A stretch of 64,000 bases of DNA from Gammaproteobacteria bacterium (GCA_965262455.1 CBDHFH010000003.1:242737-306736); one strand, 5' to 3'. Shown: positions 27,079 to 37,629, counted from the first letter of the stretch. Notes: a model not told the origin generated them from the sequence alone. Numbers and translations are program-made.

Positions 27079-28998
27079 TTACCTTTTTATCCTATATGAC
27101 GGTCGATCAATCGAATCGAGATAAGTATACCCGTAGAGAGCATTATTTATCTCCTCAAGCATCTCTTCTGAAATGACGTTCATCGTATTCGTCGAATTAA
27201 TCATATTTTTCACATTTTCAACTATTTGATCAGCTTGTAAATGTATGCTCGCTAGCAGCTCATTTACACAGTCTCCTATTTCGACCTCAGTGAACTCAAG
27301 TTGCCCATCACTACTCTGCACAACATTTACAGCGTGAGTGTCGCCAAATAAATTATGCATGTCCCCCAATACTTCTTGATACGCGCCTAATAAAAAAAAT
27401 CCAACTAAATACTCCTCATGACTAGGCACATCGTGCAAGGCTAAATAATCACAAACGACATTATCATATGCGTAGTGTGCAACAAATCCATCCGAATCAC
27501 ACGTCAAATCATGTAACTGTGTGAGTTTGCTTGGCCGCTCGTCCAGTCTTGATAACGGTGTAATGGGAAAAATTTGTTCCAACCCCCACACATCCGGCAG
27601 TGACTGGAAAACAGAAAAATTACAATAATACTTATCGATAGTTAAACCAGCGTCATGCTGTGAGTGATGCTGTAATAATTCTTTGTTTTCATCACAACGC
27701 TGTAAAATTTTTTCTGCCCAGGCACGCTGTTCGAGACTCACTTTCCCTTGTAAAAAATTTTCCTGTAGAGCGACTTCAAATAGTTTTCTTTGTTTGTCTA
27801 AATCGGATTGTTTGTCACTGATCAACCCCTCAAGCGCATGACCCAAGGCAGTCAACTCCTTATTAGCGGCTAGTGTATTGCTTGGTGATGAGGCGGCACT
27901 ATCATGATCTCTGGCTTTAACAACGTTGGTCATTAACATAGCATGATGAGCAGTAACCGCACGTCCATTTTCGCTAAAAACAATCGGTAATTTCAAATTA
28001 TTCTGCGCACAATAGTCAGTAATTTTACTCACAATGACATCGGCGTACTGTTGGATTGTGTACGCACGTGAAAAATAACTAGTGTCATGCTGTGATGCAT
28101 AATCTATGGCGAGCCCTCCGCCCACATCAAGACAGTTCAAATCAAATCCGGCCGTTGCAATTTGCCCATACACGACAAGTGCTTCTTGAAGGCCATTAGC
28201 AAACTCATCTAACTTATTAATTTGTGACCCCATATGGAAATGAATCAGCTTTAACCATGACTGAGCATTCATTTGCTTGATCCGTTCTAAGCAGTAAAGA
28301 ATATCGCTTGCATCAAGACCAAATTTAGCATCTCTCCCCCCAGAGTTTTGCCAGATGCCTTGTGCGACACTATTTAGCTTAAGTCGCAACCCGAGTTTTG
28401 GTGTGAGGCCAAAATTCTCATACTCTTGTCGAATAATCTCAAGCTCAGACGGATTTTCTATCACGATAAAAACATCCAGACCCATGCTTTGTGCATACAA
28501 TGCGATACGAATATATGCACGATCCTTATAACCATTACACACCAACTTCATATGTGTATGTTTTAGCATCCCAAGTGCAACCACTAATTCTGTTTTACTG
28601 CCAACTTCAAGCCCAACGTGCTTGTTGTCACTCGCTAATATTTCCTCAACCACCGTGCGCTGCTGATTCACTTTAATCGGATAACATTGGATATGTTCAA
28701 GTGTATTACCATAAGCCCGTGCAGCATTGTTAAATGCCGCATCGATTTGCTTGACACGCGCATGCAATATCTGTGGAAATCGAATAAGCACAGGCAAAGA
28801 CAAGCCTTGTTGTTTAACCATTTCACTGACTTCAATTAGATCAATGCTGGTATGTGTATCAGGTTTAGCAACTATATGGCCATCAGCATTAATATCGAAA
28901 TAACCTTCACTCCATTCCTGAATACTGTAGAATTCCCGCGCGCGCGCTAAGCTCCATGCCATTTTTGTTATTGGTTTGCTTTCCGAGTGTGATGACAT
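27079..28998 (-). CDS. speA: Biosynthetic arginine decarboxylase
   Basis: YPIKVNQ (PLP lysine), EVGSK.EL, CNGYKD, HFHMGSQI, DVGGGL, NFSVFQSLPDVW, DLTCDSDG, GAYQEVLGDMHNLFGD; start moved to ATG 28998. Confidence 0.95.
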   Translation of the reverse strand: MSSHSESKPITKMAWSLARAREFYSIQEWSEGYFDINADGHIVAKPDTHTSIDLIEVSEMVKQQGLSLPVLIRFPQILHARVKQIDAAFNNAARAYGNTLEHIQCYPIKVNQQRTVVEEILASDNKHVGLEVGSKTELVVALGMLKHTHMKLVCNGYKDRAYIRIALYAQSMGLDVFIVIENPSELEIIRQEYENFGLTPKLGLRLKLNSVAQGIWQNSGGRDAKFGLDASDILYCLERIKQMNAQSWLKLIHFHMGSQINKLDEFANGLQEALVVYGQIATAGFDLNCLDVGGGLAIDYASQHDTSYFSRAYTIQQYADVIVSKITDYCAQNNLKLPIVFSENGRAVTAHHAMLMTNVVKARDHDSAASSPSNTLAANKELTALGHALEGLISDKQSDLDKQRKLFEVALQENFLQGKVSLEQRAWAEKILQRCDENKELLQHHSQHDAGLTIDKYYCNFSVFQSLPDVWGLEQIFPITPLSRLDERPSKLTQLHDLTCDSDGFVAHYAYDNVVCDYLALHDVPSHEEYLVGFFLLGAYQEVLGDMHNLFGDTHAVNVVQSSDGQLEFTEVEIGDCVNELLASIHLQADQIVENVKNMINSTNTMNVISEEMLEEINNALYGYTYLDSIDRPSYRIKR

Positions 28999-29035
28999 AA
29001 TTATTAATATGCTTACCAGTATTTTATTTAGGTTT

Positions 29036-29899
29036 ATGACAATACAAAACACACAACAGTGGTTCACAGAAGTTGCAGATGAAGTTGGCAGCGCATTTTC
29101 ACTCAAAATTAATGCTCGCGTCCATCAAGAAAAATCGCCTTTCCAAACTATCGAAATTTTTGCTACCCAGCAATTTGGCAATTTGATGGTACTTGAGGGG
29201 TTTATTATGTTAAGCACACGCGATAATTTCATTTACCATGAAATGATGAGTCATCCGGCTTTATTCAGCCACCCTAATCCCAAGCATGTTGTTATTGTCG
29301 GCGGGGGTGATTGTGGCACACTTCAGCAAGTCGCGAAGCATCCATGTGTAGAGAAAGTTACCCAGGTGGAAATTGACGAACGAGTCACACGTTTATCTGA
29401 GCAATTCTTCCCTGAGTTATGCACTGCCAATCATGACCCTCGAGTCAATTTCGTGTTTACAGATGCCATCAAATGGATGCACGATTGTTCAAAGGCAAGT
29501 GTAGATATTATTATCATTGACAGCACGGACCCCATAGGCCCTGCGCAAGGACTGTTTCACAGAGAGTTCTATGGCGCGTGTTTTAATGCTTTAAGGCAAG
29601 ATGGTTTGATCATTCAGCAGAGCGAATCGCCATTGGCGCATTGGGACAGTATTACAAGGCCAATGCATCACGAGATGCAGGTAGCTAAATTTAAACAAAC
29701 AAAAACACTCTTCTTCCCAGTACCTGTTTATCCAAGCGGTTGGTGGTCAGCGACAATGGCCGCTAAAGAAGACATTCATTTGGTAAGAGATAAGGATGCA
29801 AAGCAGTTGGCTTTTGACACCATGTATTACAATTACGATATTCATTTAGCCGCGTTTGCTATGCCCAACTTCATAAAGATCAAACAAGCACAGGCATAA
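29036..29899 (+). CDS. speE: Polyamine aminopropyltransferase (spermidine synthase)
   Basis: SPFQTIEI, YHEMMSHP, VGGGDCG, VEID, IIIDSTDPIGP, YPSGWWS; start moved to ATG 29036. Confidence 0.95.
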   Translation: MTIQNTQQWFTEVADEVGSAFSLKINARVHQEKSPFQTIEIFATQQFGNLMVLEGFIMLSTRDNFIYHEMMSHPALFSHPNPKHVVIVGGGDCGTLQQVAKHPCVEKVTQVEIDERVTRLSEQFFPELCTANHDPRVNFVFTDAIKWMHDCSKASVDIIIIDSTDPIGPAQGLFHREFYGACFNALRQDGLIIQQSESPLAHWDSITRPMHHEMQVAKFKQTKTLFFPVPVYPSGWWSATMAAKEDIHLVRDKDAKQLAFDTMYYNYDIHLAAFAMPNFIKIKQAQA

Positions 29900-29903
29900 A
29901 AAT

Positions 29904-29932
29904 GGCGCCCGTTGCTTTCGCAAGGGGCGCCC
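29904..29932. terminator. Hairpin between convergent speE and amtB
   Basis: ggcgccc-gttgc-tttc-gcaag-gggcgcc; followed by a U-run on the minus strand. Confidence 0.55.
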
Positions 29933-29963
29933 AAGGTTGGCACACTTAATACCAGGAGTTTTA

Positions 29964-31211
29964 CTACTTATTAACAAATTCTGGGTAAGCCTCCATACCG
30001 CATTCAGCGATATCGACACCTTCCATCTCGTCTTCTTCACTAACACGGATACCAATAATCATCTTAATGATGAACCAGAAGATCATTGAAACAATGAAGG
30101 TCCATGCAAAGATTACTAGGGCACCGTACAACTGAGTACCGATATTTGCATCTGAGTTTGAGAAGATAACGGCTATTAATCCCCATACGCCACATACACC
30201 GTGGACAGAAATAGCACCGACTGGATCATCAAGCTTTAACTTATCCATTGTCACAATACTGAACACCACAATGATGCCACCGATGGCGCCAATAATTGTT
30301 GCAAGCAAAGGTGTTGGTGTTAGCGGCTCAGCTGTGATTGATACCAGTCCAGCGAGCGCACCGTTCAATGCCATTGATAGATCCGCTTTACCAAACATTA
30401 ATTTAGCTGTAACCAGAGCGGCGATCACGCCACCTGCTGCTGCTGCATTGGTGTTAACAAAGATCAAAGCTACGGCATTAGCCTCGGCTACGTTTGAAAC
30501 GATTAGTTCAGAACCACCGTTAAATCCAAACCAGCCTAACCATAAAATGAATGTACCTAAAGTCGCTAATGGCATATTCGCGCCAGGCATGGCCACGGCT
30601 TTACCGTCAGCACTGTAACGACCTTTACGAGCACCTAGCAGTATGACACCTGCCAACGCTGCAGTTGCACCACACAAGTGAACTACACCTGAGCCCGCGA
30701 AATCTAGGAAGCCAGCAGCATCTAAGAAACCACCGCCCCATTTCCAGAAACCCTGTATAGGATAAATGAACCCAGTCATCACTACTGCAAACAGTAAGAA
30801 TGCCCATAGCTTCATACGCTCAGCAACTGCACCTGACACAATTGACATTGCAGTTGCAACAAACACAACCTGGAAGAAGAAGTCAGACAGTCCAGAGTAA
30901 TATGTATCACCACCACTGGCGATCACATCCGCTGCTGAGTTATCTGAGTTACCTAAAATATCAAAGCCAAATGGCCACCATGTGCTATCAGTACCGCTGT
31001 ACATGATGTTGTAACCCATTAGCATGTACATGATAGATGCTATTGAATACAAAGAAATATTTTTCGTTAAAATTTCGACAGTACTTTTTGTACGTACCAG
31101 TCCTGCTTCAAGCATGGCAAAGCCTGCTGCCATCCACATTACAAATGCGCCCATCACTAGAAAATAAAATGTATCTAGTGCATACGCTAGTTCTATTACT
31201 TGGTTTTCCAC
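29964..31211 (-). CDS. amtB: Ammonium transporter
   Basis: AGFAMLEAG, FFQVVF, SGAVAER, DFAGSGVVH, LWLGWFGFNGGS, DDPVGAISVHG. Confidence 0.97.
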   Translation of the reverse strand: MENQVIELAYALDTFYFLVMGAFVMWMAAGFAMLEAGLVRTKSTVEILTKNISLYSIASIMYMLMGYNIMYSGTDSTWWPFGFDILGNSDNSAADVIASGGDTYYSGLSDFFFQVVFVATAMSIVSGAVAERMKLWAFLLFAVVMTGFIYPIQGFWKWGGGFLDAAGFLDFAGSGVVHLCGATAALAGVILLGARKGRYSADGKAVAMPGANMPLATLGTFILWLGWFGFNGGSELIVSNVAEANAVALIFVNTNAAAAGGVIAALVTAKLMFGKADLSMALNGALAGLVSITAEPLTPTPLLATIIGAIGGIIVVFSIVTMDKLKLDDPVGAISVHGVCGVWGLIAVIFSNSDANIGTQLYGALVIFAWTFIVSMIFWFIIKMIIGIRVSEEDEMEGVDIAECGMEAYPEFVNK

Positions 31212-31242
31212 AATTCCCTCCTAACTAAGATAGGTGTTATTT

Positions 31243-31602
<360 letters not shown>

Positions 31603-31690
31603 CTATTTATTGTCATTTCTCAAAGTTCATTTAGGGCGAATAATTTTTAAACCAATAAAAATCTGCATTCTTCCTTAACGTTCCCTGCAA

Positions 31691-31728
31691 ATGACTGAGA
31701 AATGATTAATAAAATCACTCTCAGTCAT
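31691..31728. other. Inverted repeat between the porin gene and glnK
   Basis: ATGACTGAGA...TCTCAGTCAT perfect 10 bp arms, with further inner pairing. Confidence 0.55.
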
Positions 31729-31752
31729 AATTGCTTTGAGAGTTTTAACTAT

Positions 31753-32452
31753 TTAGATGACATCAAATCCCCAGCTTATAGAGACATAAGCTTCGGTCTC
31801 ATCATCATCGCCATTAACTGATGAACCATCTGTGAAATCATAGTGATGAACAACAGCTCCTGTGACTTCAAATCCAGCCAGTTCCATTGTGTAACCCACT
31901 TCAAAATATTCACCAAGAGAATCTTCAGCATCATCTCCGAATGTTCCGTAAGTTAGATATGCACCGTTATAGCCGATAGTTGCAGCTATGAAGTCATATT
32001 CGTCACCAGTGTCACCATCATCATCAGTGAATTCACCATCATATTCACCAGTGGTGTATTCCAGATCTAGTGATACATCACCAAATGAACCACCGGCATA
32101 AAGATTGACCTCGTTATAATCATCATCAAAGTCATCTGAATATTGATATGTTGTATAGCCTGCTCCTAAGTAGAAACCGCTTTCAAACTCGTAGACATAA
32201 CCTGCGTAGATGTCGTACTCGATACCAGAATCTACATCTGCTAACCAAGTCCCTGCGTAAAAACCCATGTATTCAATATCAAGCCCACCATTACCCAACA
32301 CCACTACTCTGCGTGATACCACGGAAAATGTAGTCTGATAAGATTCCTGCATTGCCAGTCAGTATTGCGTCGTCAGCGACAGTAGATGCTGGTGCTATCA
32401 GCATTGATGAAGCAATTGCAGCACTCCCTAATAAGCCAGTAAATTTTTTCAT
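31753..32452 (-). CDS. TorF-family (TIGR02001-like) putative porin, +1 frameshift at about 32295
   Basis: ATG 32452 gives MKKFTGLLGSAAIASSMLIAPASTVA-DDAILTGNAGILSDYIFRGITQSSGVG then stop; removing one G from the GGG run joins it to NGGLDIEY..GFYAGTW..EYDIYAGY. Confidence 0.85.
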
Positions 32453-32502
32453 TTATATTTTCTCCGTTTAAATTTATTTCGGTAAATTTACAGATACCCT
32501 GA

Positions 32503-32628
32503 AGCACATCTCATGCCACCAAATTATTATTATATATATCAGTTAGTTAGAATATTTGATATGCCTTATGCACCGAATTTGATTGCTATCTGCACCAATA
32601 TAGAACATAACTGTCTTGTTATGGTGCG
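32503..32628 (-). promoter_or_regulatory. sigma54 promoter with IHF site and NtrC boxes for porin-glnK-amtB
   Basis: Minus strand TGGCATGAGATGTGCT (GG-N10-GC, 32518-32503); IHF TATCAGTTAGTTA 32537-32549; NtrC-like TGCACC at 32569, TGCACCAATATAGAACA 32591, TGTCTTGTTATGGTGCG 32612. Confidence 0.8.
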
Positions 32629-32686
32629 CTCGAAACTGCATATTCGAGTAACCTGGCTAACTCGCTAATTTGTTAAACTCTTTATT

Positions 32687-32929
32687 ATGAAAATTAATCC
32701 TACTCACATAGACGACACGATCGCTAAGATTAAAGAGTTGTTGCCTGATAACGTTGCTGACTTAAAAAGCTCGGGAGAAGAAAAATTAAAATTAGCCCTT
32801 GAGGGGCTATTGCAAAAACTTGAAATGGTCTCTAGAGAAGAATATGAAGTTCAATCAGAAGTATTGAGGCGCACACGCCAACGTTTAGAGCAACTAGAAC
32901 AACGCATCGAGCTACTCGAAAAGAAATAA
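32687..32929 (+). CDS. ubiK: Accessory factor UbiK (BMFP family)
   Basis: KLEMVSREEYEVQSEVLRRTRQRLEQLEQRI; conserved position between glnK and comM. Confidence 0.9.
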   Translation: MKINPTHIDDTIAKIKELLPDNVADLKSSGEEKLKLALEGLLQKLEMVSREEYEVQSEVLRRTRQRLEQLEQRIELLEKK

Positions 32930-32990
32930 CTCTTATAAATTAACCCCTGGTTATAACGAATATTCAATTGCTGAGTTAATAAGGTGGTTA

Positions 32991-34506
32991 ATGTCTATCG
33001 CGATCATTTATAGTCGCGCTCAATTTGGTATGGAAGCTTTATTAGTTTCTGTTGAAGTTCATTTATCTAATGGCTTACCAAGCTTTTCTATTGTTGGCTT
33101 GCCGGAAGCGGCCGTCAGGGAAAGCAAAGATCGTGTGCGCGCAGCATTAATAAATTCAAATTTTGACTTTCCACACCAGCGTATTATTGTCAATCTTGCA
33201 CCCGCTGATTTACCCAAGCAGGGAGGACGTTTTGATTTGCCTATTGCACTTGGATTGTTAGTTGCATCAAAACAATTAGCAGCGGATACACTGAATGGTT
33301 ATGAATTTATTGGCGAGTTAAGTTTAAACGGTGAACTCAAAGCGTCGACCGGTATATTACCCGCCGCGCATACATGTCATAAATCAGGTAAAACGCTCAT
33401 TACCTCATTAAGCAATCAACATGAATTATCATCACTAGATCATCAAGCCTATTTATGTGCACCTCACTTACTCAGTGTCTGCGCACACTTAAATAAAATT
33501 ACACAAATCGACAGCGCACACCCACCACGAATAGATACAAACACATTCGCAGATAAAAAAATTAATGATATACGCGGACAACAACGTGCAAAACGTGCTC
33601 TATGTATTGCGGCAGCAGGGCAGCATCATATGCTCATGATAGGCTCTCCCGGTTCAGGTAAAACCATGTTAGCAACACGCTTTCCAAGCATACTGACCAA
33701 ACTAAACCAAGATGAAATGCTGGAAACAATGTGCATTTATTCAATTGCTAATGTCACTGCAAAACAACAACACCCTAATGACAGACCGTTCAGAGCACCA
33801 CATCATACCGTATCGACGGTCGGCCTTGTGGGAGGCGGCTCCCTACCCAGACCTGGTGAGATTTCTCTCGCGCATAATGGCGTGTTGTTTCTTGATGAAT
33901 TTACTGAATTCAGTCGTCATGCGTTAGAAGCATTGCGTGAGCCAATAGAAACAGGTTTGATATGTATCTCCAGGGCCAATGCACAAATCCGTTTTCCCCG
34001 CGCGATTCCAGCTGATTGCTGCTATGAATCCCTGCCCGAATGGATGTGACATTGATGAGTATGGCCAATGCCAATGTACTCAACAGCAACTGAACCGTTA
34101 TCGTAATAAGATATCCTCGCCAATTTTGGATCGGATTGACTTGCAAGTTAGCGTACCGAAATTACCTCCTAGAGAATTACTCAATACATCTAATCAACAT
34201 AGTGAAGACTGGGACACACAGGCAGAGCGTATTTACACTGCGTTTGAAACACAAATACAACGCCAAGGCGTACCCAACGCACAGCTTGAGGGGGAAAATC
34301 TAATTGAAGCCTGTCGAATGACACAAGCGACGCAGACTGCAACAATTTCTATGCTAGAAAAACTAAATTTAAGTGCACGTGCGTTTCATAAAATACTGAA
34401 GGTCGCACGCACAATTGCAGACTTAGAACAAGTGAACAACATTACTCAAACGCATTTGAATGAAGCAATGTCATATCGCCAGTTTGATCGTTTATTGAAA
34501 AACTAA
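32991..34506 (+). CDS. comM: YifB/ComM Mg-chelatase-like AAA+ ATPase, +1 frameshift at 33996-33999
   Basis: VGLPEAAVRES, NLAPADLPK.GGRFDL, GSPGSGKT, PGEISLAHNGVLFLDE; continues in the other frame as FPARFQLIAAMNPCP..DRIDL..VARTIADL; one extra C in the CCCC run. Confidence 0.9.
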
Positions 34507-34519
34507 AATAAAGCGTGAC

Positions 34520-35002
34520 TCATTTAACCATGAAATCAACAGCGGCTTTAACTGCTTCATCAGACACGTCTGCACGTCCACCTTTTGCAGGCATAGCACC
34601 AATGCCATTAATGGCATTTGCATATACTGTCTCTATTCCTTTAGCCATTCTAGTTTCCCAGACCGCTGCATCACCAGGTTTTGGCGCATTCAATACACCC
34701 GCGGCATGACAGGATGCACATACTTGTTGATATACCTGGTCACCACTTAATTCAGCGGCAGCCACTTGCGTTGCTGCTGGCGCAGTACTTGGCGCAGCCG
34801 CTGCAACCTCTTCTGGGACGCTACCAACATATACACCCCCCTCTGGTTTGATTCTCTCTGCCACAGCTTTTTGAACACGCAAATCTGATTCCATTGAGTC
34901 AGGGCTGTATAGTGCATTTGCAATAATAAGGATAACTATTGTGAGTCCGACGAGACCCACTAAAACGGCCATAAACATGGTTGTAAACTGTCTATCTTCC
35001 AA
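34520..35002 (-). CDS. Membrane-anchored cytochrome c5
   Basis: TM helix, ERIKP.G.V, CASCH, APKPGD..W, MPAKGG. Confidence 0.92.
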   Translation of the reverse strand: MEDRQFTTMFMAVLVGLVGLTIVILIIANALYSPDSMESDLRVQKAVAERIKPEGGVYVGSVPEEVAAAAPSTAPAATQVAAAELSGDQVYQQVCASCHAAGVLNAPKPGDAAVWETRMAKGIETVYANAINGIGAMPAKGGRADVSDEAVKAAVDFMVK

Positions 35003-35370
35003 GGTAACTCCCGTATTTTCTTGCCTAAATATGCTTGTCTAAAATTAAGGTCGCGATTATAGATCATCTACAAGCGCATCACCATGTGTTAACACTGCCT
35101 GATATTGATATTTATGCTGGACTTTGCCGAGCATAAGCGCTTGTCAATCGAGCTGTCCTAGATATTAGCTTGGCAGGTCGAAGATAGATTGAAATATAAG
35201 TCTTGTATGCAAGACATACCATTCATCCAAATCCATCCTAGCTCCATCTTAGACCCACATGCAGCAATTTATTGAACGGGTATGCTATGGCTGTTCACTA
35301 GGATGTGACTATTTATGCAGCAAAATTTGCGGGAAAAAACCAAATATATCTTATTTAAGATACTCAATCA

Positions 35371-35495
35371 GTGTGCCAGGGACGGTGAATCGAAAAACTA
35401 CCGCTCTGATAATAATGCCCACGGAATAGACAGACGTAAAGATCAGGGTTCCCTTAAACAGCCACCGGCGACCAACAGATCTCGTCACTAGCCGC
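35371..35495 (-). ncRNA. Candidate structured RNA of unknown family downstream of dsbA
   Basis: GC-richer island in an AT-rich spacer. Minus-strand stems by eye: GTCGCCGG/CTGGCAC, CTGAT/ATCAG, TGTCTAT/GTGGGCA, GCGGT/ACCGT. Confidence 0.45.
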
Positions 35496-35514
35496 AAAAA
35501 AAATGTGTTAGGAA

Positions 35515-36138
35515 TTATTCGCCTGTGAGCGTTTCTATAGCAGTAATTAGTTGAGAATAACCCCCAAGCTGAGACGCAGAAAGTTTATATTCGCCATTAA
35601 CTATCACTGCGGGAACACCGGTAATCTGATATTGACGAATTAACTGTTTAGCCCGGTTGATCTTTGTCTCTACTGCAAATGAATTAAAACTTTCCCTAAA
35701 TTTTGTTTCATCAATATCATTTGCTGCAAAGTATCGCGCCATTGAGTCGAGATCTTGCAAGCCTCGTCCCTGTTCATGAATGCCGCTAAATAACAGCTCA
35801 TGTCCTTTTTCCAACTCACCCATTATCTCGAGTGCGTAGAAGGCGCGTGCATGTTGCTCCCAACGTGCATTAAAAATCGCGGGGACACGCACAAAACTGA
35901 CATCATCAGATTTAGCCTGTTTCCAGGTTTTTAGGTAAGGCTCAAAGTCATAGCAATGCGAGCAGCCATACCAAAATAACTCAACGACCTCATGCTTAGC
36001 ATCATTCTCGACGACACGTGGTACAACAGGATCTAACTTAACGTAACTGCCTTGATTCTGATGTTCATTGCCAGCCAGGGCGAGCGTGGCAATCATTGTG
36101 CATACGAGTATTCCAGCCAGTTTAGCGAGGTTTATCAT
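35515..36138 (-). CDS. dsbA: Thiol:disulfide interchange protein DsbA
   Basis: Signal peptide, VVELFWYGCSHCY, ITGVPAVIVNGEY; downstream of cytochrome c4. Confidence 0.92.
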   Translation of the reverse strand: MINLAKLAGILVCTMIATLALAGNEHQNQGSYVKLDPVVPRVVENDAKHEVVELFWYGCSHCYDFEPYLKTWKQAKSDDVSFVRVPAIFNARWEQHARAFYALEIMGELEKGHELLFSGIHEQGRGLQDLDSMARYFAANDIDETKFRESFNSFAVETKINRAKQLIRQYQITGVPAVIVNGEYKLSASQLGGYSQLITAIETLTGE

Positions 36139-36201
36139 TTTCTATTCACCTTGATTAATATTTACTCAAAAGCGTGGCTATACGCTTGATTTTACTGCGA
36201 A

Positions 36202-36229
36202 TTAGAACTGATAAAGTTAGCTTAGTTCC
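36202..36229 (-). promoter_or_regulatory. Putative sigmaE promoter of dsbA
   Basis: Minus strand GGAACT-N17-TCTAA. Confidence 0.72.
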
Positions 36230-36232
36230 GAG

Positions 36233-36853
36233 TTAATCGTGTAGGCCCTGAATGTACTGCGCAAGCGCTTCAATTTCGTGGTCGGTTAGACGCTCAGTGA
36301 CGCTGACCATGATCGAGGCTGCGGGATAGGTTTTTTCCATGGTTGGATCAATCGCACGGTAGGCCTCCAAGCGCAGCTTGGTATAGTCGGCATGCTGCGC
36401 GCTTAATTTAGGGAACTTGGCAGGGACATTACCAGCACCACTAGGACCATGACAGGCGGCACAAGCGGTCACATCTTTATCAATAATACCGCCACGATAA
36501 ATCGCTTCACCTAATTCAACGAGTTCAGCATCTGCCGCTCCGGGAGTCGAGGTTTGAGCCGCATAAAATTCTGCCAGATCAAGCATATCTTGGTCGCTTA
36601 GACCCGCCGCTTGCGGCGACATTAATGGGTCAGATCGTGTGCCTTCCTTGAAAAGCTTTAACTGTTCAACGATGTAAGGTGCACCTTGTCCGGCAAGCTT
36701 CGGCCACGCGGGATTTGCACTGTTACCATCAGCACCATGACATGCTGCGCATGGCGTTGACTTAGCTTTACCGGATTCAGCATCACCGGCCGCAAACAGC
36801 GAGTGACTATTGAGCAGAAATAATACTGTTAATAATTGGATAGAAATTTTCAT
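36233..36853 (-). CDS. Diheme cytochrome c4
   Basis: Signal peptide; two CAACH motifs; PKLAGQ; start moved to ATG 36853; divergent from engB. Confidence 0.93.
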   Translation of the reverse strand: MKISIQLLTVLFLLNSHSLFAAGDAESGKAKSTPCAACHGADGNSANPAWPKLAGQGAPYIVEQLKLFKEGTRSDPLMSPQAAGLSDQDMLDLAEFYAAQTSTPGAADAELVELGEAIYRGGIIDKDVTACAACHGPSGAGNVPAKFPKLSAQHADYTKLRLEAYRAIDPTMEKTYPAASIMVSVTERLTDHEIEALAQYIQGLHD

Positions 36854-36988
36854 GTGGTCTTCCCAAAAGTGCATAATCCCAAAATTTAGTATATAGGTGA
36901 TAAACCTACTAGATTCACCGCAGCAACAGCACGGGCGCCTTGTATACCATAAAAGTATAAGTCCCCGCAAAACTATGCCAAAAATACC

Positions 36989-37594
36989 ATGGATTTCAAA
37001 CACCAATTAGCTAAAACCGAATTTTTCACCAGTGCTGCTGACGTCCAATCACTACCGAGCGATGAAGGGGTAGAAGTCGCATTTGCAGGGCGTTCAAATG
37101 CCGGTAAATCCAGTACTATTAATCAACTTTGTCAACAAAAGGGCCTGGCGAGAACCTCAAAAACACCCGGCAGGACACAGATGATTAACTTCTTTCGTGT
37201 CGCTAAATTAAATAAGCTCGCCGACCTACCCGGTTATGGTTACGCAAAGGCCAGCCAAACCAAACAACGCCAGTGGCTAGCCTTGCTGGAATATTACTTC
37301 ACGCATAGACGCTCGCTTAAGGGCTCAATTATCGTGATGGACATTCGCCATCCTCTTCAAGACTCCGATCTTAAAATGATTGACTGGTGTATACACTATC
37401 AATGTCCTGTGCATATTTTACTAAACAAGGCCGATAAACTCGGCCGTCATCAAGCGCAAAAGCAACTGATTTCGACAAAAAATTGTCTTTCGAATGATCA
37501 CCAAGTCCCAGTAAGTGTGCAGCTTTTTTCCGCAACCACAGGCCAAGGCTCGGACCAAGCAATGAAAATTTTAAAGGGGTGGTTTAGCGGGTAA
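36989..37594 (+). CDS. engB: GTP-binding protein EngB (YihA/YsxC)
   Basis: AFAGRSNAGKSS, SKTPGRTQ, DLPGYGYA, NKADKL. Confidence 0.96.
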   Translation: MDFKHQLAKTEFFTSAADVQSLPSDEGVEVAFAGRSNAGKSSTINQLCQQKGLARTSKTPGRTQMINFFRVAKLNKLADLPGYGYAKASQTKQRQWLALLEYYFTHRRSLKGSIIVMDIRHPLQDSDLKMIDWCIHYQCPVHILLNKADKLGRHQAQKQLISTKNCLSNDHQVPVSVQLFSATTGQGSDQAMKILKGWFSG

Positions 37595-37629
37595 ATAAAA
37601 ACCCTGAAGCAACCATTGTTGCTTCAGGG
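37595..37629 (-). terminator. Intrinsic terminator of the candidate sRNA
   Basis: ccctgaagcaac-catt-gttgcttcaggg, 12 bp perfect stem; U-tract on the minus strand. Confidence 0.8.

Noticed and set aside
28976-29106. Apparent head-to-head overlap of speA and speE (likewise cytochrome c4/engB at 36989-37006)
   Set aside because: Artefact of longest-ORF start choice; downstream ATGs remove the overlaps
35220-35250. Cluster of GGA motifs on the minus strand as a CsrB/Rsm-type sRNA
   Set aside because: Only about four GGA, not clearly in hairpin loops, and no terminator
35430-35460. TAAGGGAACCCTGATC as part of a cobalamin or TPP riboswitch
   Set aside because: Other diagnostic elements (B12 box, CTGAGA) are absent and the downstream gene does not fit
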